Shown here: piece by piece, positions 26,746-40,322 of the stretch | Layout of the letters: each line of letters starts with the position of its first letter | How positions within the stretch are numbered: position 1 is the first letter of the stretch | Translations under genes and position numbers: made by a program | Origin: Octopus vulgaris | Taxonomy: Eukaryota | DNA length: 64,000 nucleotides | NCBI GenBank assembly: GCA_951406725.2 | Contig: OX597824.1 | Span: 16,864,001 to 16,928,000 of the forward strand | Direction: 5' to 3' | Notes under the pieces: generated by a model | Database searches by the model: none | Seen by the model: only the letters and a program-made list of their open reading frames with translations | What the model was told of the DNA's origin: nothing

Positions 26746-27925
26746 GTCTGTTCTCAATCGAACAACTGGACGCTCATATCTGAATATGGCTATATGAATT
26801 ATAAATTCAATTGCCAACATAATATGGTAGCTCAAAGAATCATCATTTCTAGCTGGCTATTTCGACACATTGAATTCAGCATCCCTGCCCCAGCACAAAA
26901 CAACATGTATGCACTAGATCCAGGGTTATTACCCTTCATCAACAGAGAGTAGCTGCTTGGCTAGGTGAATTTTTTATTAAGACAATTATTTTCGTAGACA
27001 GAGGGGACAAAACAGGACAATGCAAACAGTTACTGTTATAATGAGTTTGTATGATACTTGATTTAAAAAAATTTAGAATGATACATAATTTGACATTTTT
27101 GTGTAAAACTTGATGGGCTGAAAAGCCCAGCGACTACACCTTTTCCTTTTCGCATGAGGATTAATCAGGGTCACTTGCATCCACCTTTCTTACAACGGCC
27201 TTCCATCTTTTGTCAAACACACCTCGCGAGGAGAGGAGACAGTTGTCTCCTCTCTAGCCCTATCTTAGCTGCTCTGGCTAGGTGGCGTTGCGGGTTTCAC
27301 GTTTCGAACATATAGATTTCAAAGTGACCCACAGCCACTGATCTATAAACAGAAATCGTAATATTTCTAAATCTCTCAGAGAGAGAGAGACATACTGTAA
27401 AAAGTAAAATTTAATTGCCAATATGGCTGTCCTGTAGGGGACGTTGTTACTGCCTGTTAGCCCCTAAGGAACTTCATTTCTAGCTGGCTATACGACACAT
27501 TGTCTGTGTCCTTATATTCTCGAACCGGGAATTCAGCAGATAATTTTTAAGGAAATTCTCATACTAGTTGATGTGTCCCAAGTAACTATATGTGGTGGCT
27601 TGTTATATTTGGACTGTATAGTATTTTTGAAGGGAATGTTCCGCCAGTATTCCCTGGATTGATATGTATGCCTGTATTTAATAACAGTGTTGTTATCTAT
27701 GTTTACCCCTGGGCAGTCTTAACTAAGGATAGCATTGTATATTGTTTTAGCAACAACATCATGTCGCGATGGGAGGTAGTAATATCAAGTATGCACATAG
27801 ATATATCTTTATATATATATATATATATATATGCTTGTATGAATATATGTTTGTTTGTATGTATGAATATAAGTATATACTTATGTACGTCGTCGTATAT
27901 GTACAAGAGTAGATGCGTATGTATG

Positions 27926-27993
<68 letters not shown>

Positions 27994-28527
27994 GGTTTTG
28001 CTGTGTATACGTGTGTGTATATTCTTTTACCAATATCTCATTTATGCATCACTTAATTTTCATCTTGCGTTTCAATATTTCCTTACAATCTCTGCTTTCC
28101 TTTAAAAATACTTTAAAACTCGTTCTCATTTTTTCTCACTTTCTGCCTCATTCTCGATTTTTCTCACTTCCCACTCTCTTTTAATTTTTGTTTTTTATTT
28201 TTTCTGTTTCACTTTTACTCCATTAAATCTTTAACATTTATTTATTCTCTAATGCTTGTATATATGTATATTTTTTTCTTCTTTTAAAACTGTTTAAATT
28301 TCTTTTCCATTTTAGGAAATTTTTACTAAAAATTTTCTTCTACCTTTTCAATTTATGCTGACATTTTCTACCTAATCTTATCCAAAATCCTTTCCACTGC
28401 TTCTAATCCATTAGCGAATTCTACCTGTATACATTTATCAAACCTTACAAAACACAACTCTATTTTACTCACTTCATATATATATATATGCCTGTGTGTT
28501 TATATACATACGTATATATGTATATAT

Positions 28528-28598
<71 letters not shown>

Positions 28599-28885
28599 AG
28601 ATATATATATATATACAGACATATAAATATACATATATGTGTGTGTATTTATAAATGCATAAGTATATGCGTATATATATATATTACACATATAACAGCT
28701 TATATAAATATCCATGCCTATATAAATATATATATATATATATATATGCGTATATATGTGTGTATATCTTTGCGTATGTATATAACTATATATATATATA
28801 TATAAATACATCTGTATGAGTAGTTACATGTATATATAAATATATACAAACATATATATTCATATGTATGTATATATATATATGA

Positions 28886-28931
<46 letters not shown>

Positions 28932-29284
28932 GCGTTTATATGTAGGTACATGTGTATATATATATATATATATATGCGTGTGTGTATATGAATGTGTATG
29001 TGTGTGACTGTTGTGTGTGTGTGTGTGTGTATATGTATGTGATTGTGTGCGCGTATGTATATTTGCGAATTTTTCAATAAGAATTAAGATGAAGAATAAA
29101 TGCGTAGCGAAATTGTTTAACCAGTGTCTGAAACTTGTGCGGAGGAAAGGTTGTGTTGATGTGTGCATTGTTGCACGTTTGATACCCGTGTGACTCAATA
29201 AAAATACGAAATGTTGCGTTTGAAATACTAGTTAAGAAGTAAACACGTACTTCACCTAAGTATACGTACGGATGTATATATGTG

Positions 29285-29330
<46 letters not shown>

Positions 29331-29350
29331 TATATGTATATGGAGATATG

Positions 29351-29397
<47 letters not shown>

Positions 29398-29877
29398 GTA
29401 TATATATATATATATACATATGTATATACATATATATATATTTATATATGTATATATATATATATATATATACATATGTATATACATATATATACCTAGA
29501 TATATATGTATATATATACATATATCCATATACATATATATTTATATATATTATATATATATATAAGCATGTATATATATATAGTTATAGATATTTATGC
29601 ATATACATATATGTGTATATATATGTAAGTCTGTATATATAGATATATGTATGATTCAATGTCTGTTTTGAACTAGAAACTCTTAAAGGAGGAATACCTG
29701 AATATATATTCAAGGAATGCGAATGTCATTATGCAGTTAAAAACGGTTTCATGCCAGGCCCGCATCTTTTGGATTGCGAAAGACTCGAGAAATGGTTGTG
29801 GGTTTCCGGGGTCATCAGGCGTATCTGTCGTGGCTGGTAAATTGTGCATGACTTTGTTGGTTAATATTTTGATTTGT

Positions 29878-30250
29878 TAAGTCGGGGAGCTGCCCGAAAC
29901 CATAACACGCCGGGCAAAATACGTAACAACATTTTATCAACCATTTGGTGGTCGTTAAAATGTGTTCCAGTTGAACCCTTGGGTCAATGTAATCAGCTTA
30001 CCTTCTCCCCGTAATCGCTGACCTTGTGAAATATCAATATTTACCTTCGTTGTTAACTTAGTGATCCGGCAGAATCGTTAGCACGCCGATCAACATCGTT
30101 AGCTGCATTTCGTCCACCTTTGCTTTCTGAGTTTAATTTCCGCCGAGCTTTCGGCGTCGCTAAAATATGTACCAGCTTAACATTGTGTTTGCTGCAAACA
30201 ACTTACACCTCCCATGAAAGGCCTCGTCTTGAGTCGAAATTTGAAACCGT
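29878..30250 (+). mobile_element. Two diverged family-B SINE copies
   Basis: CGGCAGAATCGTTAGCACGCCG...TTCTGAGTTTAATTTCCGCCGAG similarity to 5790-5875. Confidence 0.6.
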
Positions 30251-30865
30251 AGTTTATATTTGCTAATTCTATCTTACAAGCACACTTGATATTTGTATAT
30301 TTCTTGTAGATATGTTCTAGAGAGTGTATGTACAGCGATACCGTTGAATACCGAGATGTCCGAATGTTTTACATATAAAAATATATCGAAAGAAGTTTGA
30401 AACAGTTAGAGCATATACCTGATAGAGAAAACTAAATAACATGATTTTTAAGGATTTCTTAAATTCCTTATGAGTGCAATCGCATTATTTCGCCTTGTAG
30501 TAATTCTTAATCGCTTTGTATTTGATCCCAGTTATCTGGCTACTATATACACCAAGCCTCCAAATGAACACATCCTGTCCTAGGCCTCGAGAACAGAGAA
30601 CAACCCCAGGAGCACTTCTATGTCTGCGTTTTCAATTATGAATTAAAAAAAAGCAAAGTTTGATTGTATCTAAAAATTCGAAATTCTCTTTTTCCTCATA
30701 TTTACAGTTCAGGTTTTTCTCGTATTTTTTGTCAAAGCCATAATTAATATATAATCAACTGTTGAAGAGTCTCTGTGTATAGCTAACTTTGTTAGAGGAA
30801 TTAATTGGCATCATGTGAAGTTCATGGCTATCTAATTACCAACTAATCAATCATTCAATCAATTA

Positions 30866-30975
<110 letters not shown>

Positions 30976-31079
30976 TTTTTTCCTCTTCCCCTTTTTTTCC
31001 CCTTTTTCTTCTTTTTTCATTTCTCTTTTCTTTTGTTCCTTTCCCTTTCATTTTTTTTCTTTTATTCTTTTTATTTTTT

Positions 31080-31517
31080 GATTGATTGATTGATTGATTC
31101 TAGTTTCAGCTTATGAGCTGTGGCCATGCTGGGGCACCGCCATTGACTGCCCTAGTTGGCTTCGAATAAGGGGCGGTCGTCCGGAATCCGCTGAGGCGTC
31201 GAACCGGCAAGCGGGCATGTTACCTGGCGGCCCCGGTGGCACCGTCCCACCTTAATACACCGGGCGTTGAGGCAAGTGCGTGTAAGAGCGGGGCGTGTCG
31301 ATGGGAGTGACGTAGGCTCTGAGCGGGGCTACCTGGACGCGTGGCATAATTTTATTCTATTTTTTTTTAATTATTTTTTTTGTTCTTTTCTTCCCTTTTA
31401 CGATCCCTCTTGATCGAAAACCTACGCCACCCCCTTTTTTTTCATCCCCCAAAAGAAAAGCTCTACCTTGTAACTTGTCCCATCTGTGTGCAGCCCTGTG
31501 TGGCCAATAAAGAAACT
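31080..31517. mobile_element. Composite retroelement remnant inside (TATC)n: CR1-like tail (-), GC-rich segment, AATAAA-terminated 3' end (+)
   Basis: 31080-31144 resembles the 22451 tail with (CAAT)n. 31466-31517 ends GCCAATAAAGAAACT and is followed by TATC repeats. Confidence 0.5.
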
Positions 31518-31908
31518 TATCTATCTATCTATCTAAAATTTACTTTTTCATATATTTCTCTGCCTAACTACTTAGCTATCTCTCTAACCATGTCTCTCCC
31601 TCTCACTCTCTCTCTCCTTCACTCCCTCTCTCTCTCTCCTTCACTCCGTCTCTCCCTCTCCTTCACTACCCCTCTCTCTCTAGTAGTTAGGTAGATAGAT
31701 ATATGGACAGGTGTATATACATATATGTATGCATATATGTATGTATATATATACGTATGTATGTATGTACGTATGTATGTATGCATGCATGTATGTATAT
31801 GTCGGTGCGAATAGTTTTGTTAAGTAGTATCGAGTGTTACAATTCTGTAAAGAATAACAATGGTATTTTATAAGCTTAAAGCTTATAGCGATCACCGCGC
31901 TATGACTA

Positions 31909-32212
31909 CGGGCAAGTGTCTTCTACTATAGCCCCGGGCCGACCAATGCCTTGTGAGTGGATTTGGTAGACGGAAACTGAAAGAAGCCTGTAGTATATAT
32001 GTATATATATGTGTGTGTTTGTTCCCCTAGCATTGCTTGACAACCGATGCTGGTGTGTGTTTACGTCCCCGTCACTTAGCGGTTCGGCCAAAGAGACCGA
32101 TAGAATAAGTACTGGGCTTACAAAGAATAAGTCCCGGGGTCGATTTGCTCGACTAAAAGGCGGTGCTCCAGCATGGCCGCAGTCATATGATTGAAACAAG
32201 TAAAAGAGAGTA
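31909..32212 (+). mobile_element. 5'-truncated family-A SINE bracketed by 27-bp inverted repeats
   Basis: Near identity to 10247-10620. Inverted repeats at 31882-31908 and 32244-32270. Confidence 0.85.
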
Positions 32213-32281
32213 TATATATGCCCCATTATTAGACTATTTCCTTTAGTCATTGCGCGGTGATCGCTATAAGTATTGCGCTTA

Positions 32282-32324
<43 letters not shown>

Positions 32325-32367
32325 GAGAGAGAGCAGTATATATTAAAAATGGGGAAGGCCGGTTTAT

Positions 32368-32428
32368 GAGATAACTTTAGGTTTCCCCTACATAAAGGGT
32401 TTAGCTTTATAGTACATCGTCAGTTCCC
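32368..32428 (-). ncRNA. Hammerhead ribozyme motif in a short hairpin-rich (TA)n-flanked element
   Basis: GGGAA-CTGACGA-TGTACTATAAAG...CTTTATGTAGGG-GAAAC-CTAAA-GTT-ATCTC. Stems are imperfect. Confidence 0.5.
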
Positions 32429-32515
32429 AAATTGGCCCATGACCTCTTAAAATTTCCCTCCATATTTTTAAGTGGTCATGGGCCAAAAGGTTTTTGGGAT
32501 CTGACTATTCCCCAA

Positions 32516-32561
<46 letters not shown>

Positions 32562-33028
32562 CCTGTCAATTTATCTCTCTATAATACTGCTTATCTACCT
32601 CGAGGATATATCTATCTATCTATCTATATTTGAGTGTGTATATATATATCCATATCTATATCTATATCTATATCTATAGGTAAAATGGTACGAAGAACGC
32701 AATAGAGGACAATAAAATATTCGGACAGATACACGATATAAAGTCGGATAGGGAAAACAACAATTAGAGGGAGAGGGAAAAAAGGACGTGTCATTCTTGA
32801 CATTCTTTTGTCAGTCAAGTTTAAAGATGTCCCTACAGTTTCGGGCAGTTCCACTTCGATCTGGTTGCCCTCACCAAAAAAAATAATGTGTAAGCTAATA
32901 GCATGAGATGTTTTGTAAGAAAGCAAGCGAATGTGTATTACAACAAAGGCAAAAAGCGGAGAACATGTTACACAATTACAAATACACAAATACAAATACA
33001 CACACATGTATATATATATATATATATA

Positions 33029-33176
33029 GGGAGAGTTCACGAAAAAAACAAAAGACGAAGACAGGTGGTATACAAAACAAACATATGTATTAGTATAACG
33101 CTCAGGAATACTTGTCGAGCCTACGCTCTTCTATAGAAAGGGACACAGAAAAAACAAGGAGTGAAAGAAGGAGAGA
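33029..33176 (-). mobile_element. Family H1 short element, degenerate hammerhead
   Basis: Homologous to 15934-16174 and flanked by (TA)n on both sides. Confidence 0.65.
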
Positions 33177-33744
33177 ATATATATATACATACATACACAT
33201 ACATATATATGTCTGTGTGTTTACATATTTATTGAAGTGTACGTACGTAAACCCTTCTGCGCATGTACCCATGTATCCCTATCTATGTCTACCGCTGTCC
33301 TCTATTAGTCACTTCGCGATCCATAAATGAAGATACGACAGAGCGTCATGCTTTCTGTTAGTTCACCTGATGAATGAAGTAACTAAAACAATTCCAATAA
33401 TAGTATTGGACATTGTTCAATACGTCACATTGATTTGTAATCGATCTGATCGACTCTTTGCGGCGAAGATGTAAATACGCCAGGATAACAATTATTAGAT
33501 GTGCGGCTTGAATGTAACAATAGTGATCGAGAAGCTGATCGATTAAGAAAATTTATATGTACCAGTTGCATTGACTTCTTGTCATACCTTCTGGCATTTA
33601 TCAAAAAAAGTCCTTGCATACTCTACAAAATCCTAACAACATTGAGATCACAAAACATCAAATTTACTGATGACTGCCTTGTAACATAAAAATGATGATG
33701 ATGATGATGATAATTGACAGACACTTGCTCACATGGCTTCTAAC

Positions 33745-34072
33745 ACTTTGTAAGTCTAATACATATTCTATCGGTCCCTTTTGCCGAACTGCTAGGTTAC
33801 GCGGACGTAAAAACATCAGCACCGGTTGTCAAGCGATGTTGGGGACGACGGGCAAACACAAAGACACAAACATATACACACGCATATACATATATACATA
33901 CATGTATACGACGGGCTTCTTTCAGTTTCCGTCAAGCAAATCCTCTTACCAAGCTTTGGTCGGCCCGAGGCAATAGTAGAATACAATAGTCCAAGGTACT
34001 ATGCTGTGGGACTGAACCCGGAACCATGTGGTTGGTAAGCAAGCTACTTACCACACAGCCACTCCGACGCCT
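33745..34072 (-). mobile_element. Family-A SINE, tail truncated
   Basis: Reverse complement of the family-A sequence. Confidence 0.8.
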
Positions 34073-34093
34073 ATATTTATATATATATATATT

Positions 34094-34126
<33 letters not shown>

Positions 34127-34127
34127 A

Positions 34128-34176
<49 letters not shown>

Positions 34177-34177
<1 letters not shown>

Positions 34178-34542
34178 TAGCAGTATCGCCCGGCGTTGCT
34201 CAGGTTTGTAAGGGAAATAACTATAAAGCATTTTTAGAGAGTTATAGCCAAAAAATAGCAAAAAAATGATGGTAAATTTTTTTTGAGAGTAAAAAAGGTG
34301 GAGTTGCGTCCCCTAGACAGTTTGCGGTTTGTGTTTCTGATTCTCGACCCCATGTCAAATTTATCGATTTTTTTCAGAACTGGGGGAACTTTTCAAAATT
34401 TTCGCTGCGTTAGTTTTGAATTATGACATTGGGCTATGTGTGTGTCAAGTTTCATCAGAATCGGTTGAAAGCTGTGGTCAGGGTGAGGCTACAAGAAAAC
34501 AGACACACAGAAACACGCACAGACAAACTGCCGTTTATATAT

Positions 34543-34545
<3 letters not shown>
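34177..34545 (-). mobile_element. Non-autonomous Helitron inserted in (TA)n
   Basis: A|TCTATATATAAAC ... CCTGAGCAACGCCGGG ... CTAG|T. Its 3' ~110 bp is shared with 3391-3887. Confidence 0.85.
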
Positions 34546-34635
<90 letters not shown>

Positions 34636-34699
34636 ATTTTTTCAGAAATAGATAAAAAAACCAAGGCTGTGAAGAATTTAGAACATTTATAAATAGAAG

Positions 34700-34747
34700 G
34701 TCTTACAGCTGTTTCGGGGATATTTTATATATCCCTTCATCGGAGAC
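34700..34747 (-). ncRNA. Minimal hammerhead ribozyme motif (U4C variant) in a (TA)n-flanked insert (34635-34865)
   Basis: GTCT-CCGATGA-A-GGGATAT-ATAAA-ATATCCC-C-GAAAC-AGCT-GTA-AGAC. Palindromic stem III. Confidence 0.65.
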
Positions 34748-34861
34748 GGTGTGAGAAAATGGTTAAGCAATAGTTATTCTAAATAAGATATGAAATAGAG
34801 AGTGAAGTGGAGGAATGAAAATAGATGTGAGGGTCTTATTGACACCATTACCTCTCATAAC

Positions 34862-34922
<61 letters not shown>

Positions 34923-35005
34923 TATGTATATATACATATATATAAAAACATGCACACACAGATATATAAATACACACACGCAAGAACACACACGCACATA
35001 TATAT

Positions 35006-35061
<56 letters not shown>

Positions 35062-35424
35062 CATCTACGTATGTATGTATGTATGGATGGATGTATATAC
35101 GATTTTAGTTGTCCCTATTTCAATAAATATCTTCAATAAATAACCGCTAAAATGTGATTTTTGTTTCTAATAAAGATATTAAAGCATAAACAAACCCGTT
35201 TACACTACAGACCCTCTCAACCTTTAAACCTAGATATAAATACTTGCACGCACACACACACATACATATGTGTGTGTGTGTGTGTATGTGTCTGTAAGTG
35301 TGTATGCGTGTTTATAGGTGTGTGTGTAATGCTTATATATACATATAACCGCATGAGTAATCAATATATTCATAAATGTATATAAAGAACTCTGTGCACT
35401 TATACCTATGTATACATGTATCTA

Positions 35425-35477
<53 letters not shown>

Positions 35478-35623
35478 ATTTGTAGACATATATATATGTG
35501 CATATATTTGTATATATATGTATTTATGTACACATGTGTGTATATATATTATATGTATATATATATATGTGTGTGTGTATATATATATTTGTATATATAT
35601 GTATTTATGTACATATGTGTGTA

Positions 35624-35667
<44 letters not shown>

Positions 35668-36125
35668 CATACATGCACACATACATACATACATACATAC
35701 ATACATACATACATACATACATACATACATACATACATACATACTAACATACATACATACATACATGCACACATTTTCATACGTATAAATTTGATAAATA
35801 AATCGAGAAAAAAACGAATGGAAGGGACAAAGGGTGGAAAGAAATTGTTAATTAAGACAAAAAGATGGAGAAGCAGACATAGAAAAAAGAAGAGAGCCTA
35901 AGAAAAAATAACAAGAAACGAAATCCAAAAATACATGAACATGTGTGCGCATGCGCATATATGTATGCATGTGACGATGCAGTGACACAGCCCTGTTTGT
36001 CCACCATTTATGAAACTGCTTCTCCCTGGTGTTATTCAAAGTTTTTTAAATGTCCCCTATCTTTTACATCGATGTCCACTGACATTCCTTAATTCCAATC
36101 ACATACTTTGAAATTGCAGTCCATG

Positions 36126-36169
<44 letters not shown>

Positions 36170-36339
36170 CTCTCACTCTGTGTCTCTCTGTCTGTCTTTC
36201 TTTTCCTCTCTTCTTCCCTCCTCTTTCATGTCTCGCTATGTCTCTTTTTCCCTCGCTGTCTCAGTTTTCTCATATTTTTTTTTTTTTGTATATCACTTTA
36301 CGTTTATTACTTCCTGTTTGAATTCTTCATTTCAGTCCC

Positions 36340-36728
36340 TTGTCACATGGCGATGATGATCGCCACCACTACCTCCACCACCATCTCCACCTCCACCGCC
36401 ACCGCTACCACCTCCACCGCTACTACCTCCACCTCTGTCCAAATCGTTGCCGCCGTCACCGACGCCGATCCCCTCTTCATCATCATCGTCATCATCATCA
36501 TCATCGTCATCATCATCATCATCATCAGCGCCATCACGGTTTTCATCATTCGGCTCCCCCATCCACTTTCTCTTAATCCCTCTCCCCCTCCTCCTCTCCT
36601 TCCACCTCCCAGTTTCCACCTCCGATTCCACCTCCTCCTCATCGTCCCCATCATCATATTTACCATCGCCATCAACAGCATCGACAACATGGCCATCTTC
36701 ATGGTCGTCACGTCCATCATCATCACCG

Positions 36729-36764
<36 letters not shown>

Positions 36765-36800
36765 CCATCATCAGTATCATCATCATCATCATCATCGTCG

Positions 36801-36833
<33 letters not shown>

Positions 36834-36924
36834 CCATCATCATCGTAGTCCTCATCATCACCATCATCAACGTCATCATCATCATCAGCTTCACCAAAAG
36901 CACCATCACCGTCATCATTGAAAA

Positions 36925-36955
<31 letters not shown>

Positions 36956-37115
36956 AGCAGCATTGTTTTCGTTATCATTTTTGTTATTGTTTGTTATTAC
37001 TATTGTTGTTGTGGTTTTTTTTGTTTTCAAATTCCTATTATCGTTCTTGTTATTACTGCGGCCATCATCATCATCATCATCATCATCATTACTAACACTA
37101 CGACTACTGATGATA
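36340..37115. repeat. Degenerate (CAT)n/(CAC)n trinucleotide region
   Basis: Directly visible; yields low-complexity ORFs in several frames. Confidence 0.9.
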
Positions 37116-37765
37116 ATAATATTTTTTATTGAAGGTTTATTTTATTTTTATTTTTCTTCCTTTCACTATTTTATTCGCTACGGTTCATCTTCTTCTTCGT
37201 GTTCCAGTTGTTATCCATTTTCTTATCGTTTATATTATTGCTGCTGCTGCTGCTGTCGTGTTCGTCGTTGTCATCGTTGTTTTTCCTTGCTATTTATTTA
37301 TACGTGTATTCAGCAAAATTTTACATTCCTTTTTTTTTTTTTTTCACAAAAATTTTCTCTCTTTCGTTATCCAATATTTTTCTGTTAATATATGTGTGTC
37401 GGTGTGTTCCCCTTTTCTCCGTGCATCACTCTCCTCTCTGTGTTGTGGGCAAAGGCAAATGTGAGAGAGAGAGAAACAGTGAGAGACCAGAAGTGATTGA
37501 GGCTATTTCAGGCAATGAGGAGCAGTAAGAAAGAGAGTAAGGGTGAAGCAGTTTTAGCTAGAGTGACATGTGTGTGTGAGGGGGTGGTGGAGATGGGGTG
37601 TGGCTGGGTGTGGGTGTGGGTGTAGGGCGTGTTTGAATAAAATAAAATAAAGTAAAATAAAATGAAAAAAAAATATCATAAAAAATCAGGACAATGAAAT
37701 GTGAAAACAAACAGACATTGTACATCCCTGCATCCGTTTATTGATTGCATTACATACATACATAT

Positions 37766-37847
<82 letters not shown>

Positions 37848-37950
37848 GCATATATATATATGTATAAACAAGTATATAAAATTATGTCTGTGTGTGTACG
37901 TATTTATTGTGTGTGTATATATATATATATAAATATACAAGTGTATATAT

Positions 37951-38072
<122 letters not shown>

Positions 38073-38329
38073 GCTGATACATATCAAAATCGTGATAATG
38101 ATGGTTTCTCTGTTTGCGCCAGAATGTGTGTGTAGAGGCTGATGAAGACAAGGAAGACACATTCTGCAGAAAAAGGCGGGGATATTACAGAATGGACAGT
38201 ATATTTCTACTGCATTCATCACACAGATACACAAATGATGGCGCGCACACACACACACGTGATCTCCATATCTACATGCATGCTTGTGTTATCATATGTG
38301 TGTGACTATATAAATATATATACATATAC

Positions 38330-38378
<49 letters not shown>

Positions 38379-38397
38379 TAGATAGATTGATAGAGAT

Positions 38398-38482
<85 letters not shown>

Positions 38483-38589
38483 GAGAGAGATAGATAGGGA
38501 GATAGATAGATTGATAGATGCAAATATAATTTCTAAATTATTATGGAGTCAACGTTGTATTTATACACGTATATATCCGTATATATGAG

Positions 38590-38735
38590 TGTGCATGTGT
38601 ATCGTTGGCGAATTTTCTTTCTCCGTCTTCCCTTCCTTTTTCTATGTTTCTGACGAAGAGCTCAGCTTGAAGCGTTAAGTCCTGTCTTTTCTTTCCTTTC
38701 CTGAGCGTCCAATAACAATTTACTTGGATTAACTA
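38590..38735 (+). mobile_element. Short element with hammerhead-like motif (family H2)
   Basis: CTGACGA-A-GAGC-TCA-GCTT-GAAGC-GTT at 38650-38676. Ends GGATTAAC(TA)n. Homologous to 42160-42370. Confidence 0.6.
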
Positions 38736-38753
38736 TATATATATATATATAAT

Positions 38754-38788
<35 letters not shown>

Positions 38789-39007
38789 GTATGCTTATAT
38801 ATATGTATATATATATATATGTGTGTTTATATATATGTATATATATATATATATATATACATTCAAACACACACGCACACACACACACACAAATATATAT
38901 ATATTTACATAATAAGGATGAAAAATTGAATATTAATTTGATTAATATGAATTCACAACCAGTGGCTTAGCATGTTGAAAAAATTGAAGATTCAGAAAAA
39001 TTATATT

Positions 39008-39048
<41 letters not shown>

Positions 39049-39049
39049 T

Positions 39050-39285
39050 GATGACCACTAAGTGGACATCCATTATGCTTGAAGTAGATCCCATATGGTC
39101 TGACCACTAAGAAAAGATTGCTCTCAAGAAAATTCGCCAAACGCCAGAGCGTAAGCGAGCAAGACAAATTAAAAGATACAAAATATGGCGTTTGCTGAAT
39201 TTTATTGAGAACAATCGTTCCTTAGCAGTCAGACCATATGGCGCTTACATCTAGCATATTGGATGTCCACTTAGTAGTGGTCATC
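39050..39285. repeat. Imperfect ~97-bp inverted repeat (fold-back or MITE-like)
   Basis: Arms 39050-39146 and 39186-39285 are reverse complements with scattered mismatches. Confidence 0.8.
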
Positions 39286-39371
39286 CCTCTTATATGTATG
39301 AACATATATACATACACACACACACGCGCGCACACATACACTCACATACACACACACACACTCACACACAC

Positions 39372-39419
<48 letters not shown>

Positions 39420-39771
39420 CATATATACACACACCTATACTCATACGCACATACTCTAAGTTTGTAAGAAAGGCTATTTCCAAGAAACTTGCAAGAAGTG
39501 CATCAAGGTTTTGTAAAAGGACCCTTTATCTCTACCTGACTTTCAGTATCGTTGCTCTTTACATTTCCAAAGGCACATTCCTGCCAATGTTAAGCGCTAA
39601 GCATCTCATCATATTGCATATATATTTCGATGTATACCTATGCATGTTTTTGTATACAGTGTATCTTAACAAAATTTGATAGTTTACAGTAAAGGAAAGC
39701 AAACCAATGTCCAATTCAAAAATAGAATTATATTTTCAAAGATCCAAAAATAGAGCTGCGGGATAACAAAT

Positions 39772-40190
39772 TAGTCAAAATAGCATCGCCCAGTTTCCAC
39801 GGCATCAAATTGTCTCCGAACACTTGCGCGTGCGTTTTTCTTTTTTTTTTTTTTTATTCGGTACCCCCGGAGAGATCTTCGAACATTTTCTAAATCTTAG
39901 CCACCAGTTCGACCTTGGTGTTGCAGGCAGAGCGGTTGTCTTTCTCCACTTCGCCACACATAGTAATGCATGAGATTAAAAGCTTTGGGGCGGCCAGGAA
40001 TTAGCGTTGGTGAAGTCGTAGAAATTGTTCGACAACCATTTTTGACTCTTTCTGGAACTATGATAAGGACCCGAATCCTGCTGCCACACATATGACATCC
40101 CACCAGCAACCATATTTGGGAAGGGATTGGCCACAATCTCAATCAGTTTAACATAACCTTCTGAATCAGTCTAATCCTCTGTTAGAAAAT
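39772..40190 (-). pseudogene. Decayed Tc1/mariner-superfamily transposase C-terminus (DDD type, maT-like)
   Basis: Minus-strand frames give EGYVKLIEIV...YVWQQDSGPYHSSRKSQKWLSNNFYDF...WPP...NLMHYYVW...ACNTKVELVAKI. Confidence 0.75.
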
Positions 40191-40322
40191 CTGAAGTTGA
40201 ATTACAGCATGCAGACTCAGGTAAAACGCCTGTTGTGTCACGACCTGCTGGCCACGGTTAAGTAGTCTCTGTTATGAACGGTCCATGTCACATGTTACAA
40301 CCGTTACTGTATTTATAGAGTA

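Noticed and set aside
33367-33400. CTGATGA hammerhead-like core
   Set aside because: No stem II or downstream GAAA-NUH arrangement was found.
36332-37132. Poly-Asp/Gly 232-aa ORF and overlapping poly-Ile, poly-Ser and poly-Met ORFs
   Set aside because: Degenerate (CAT)n repeat that is open in many frames, with no conserved non-repetitive part.
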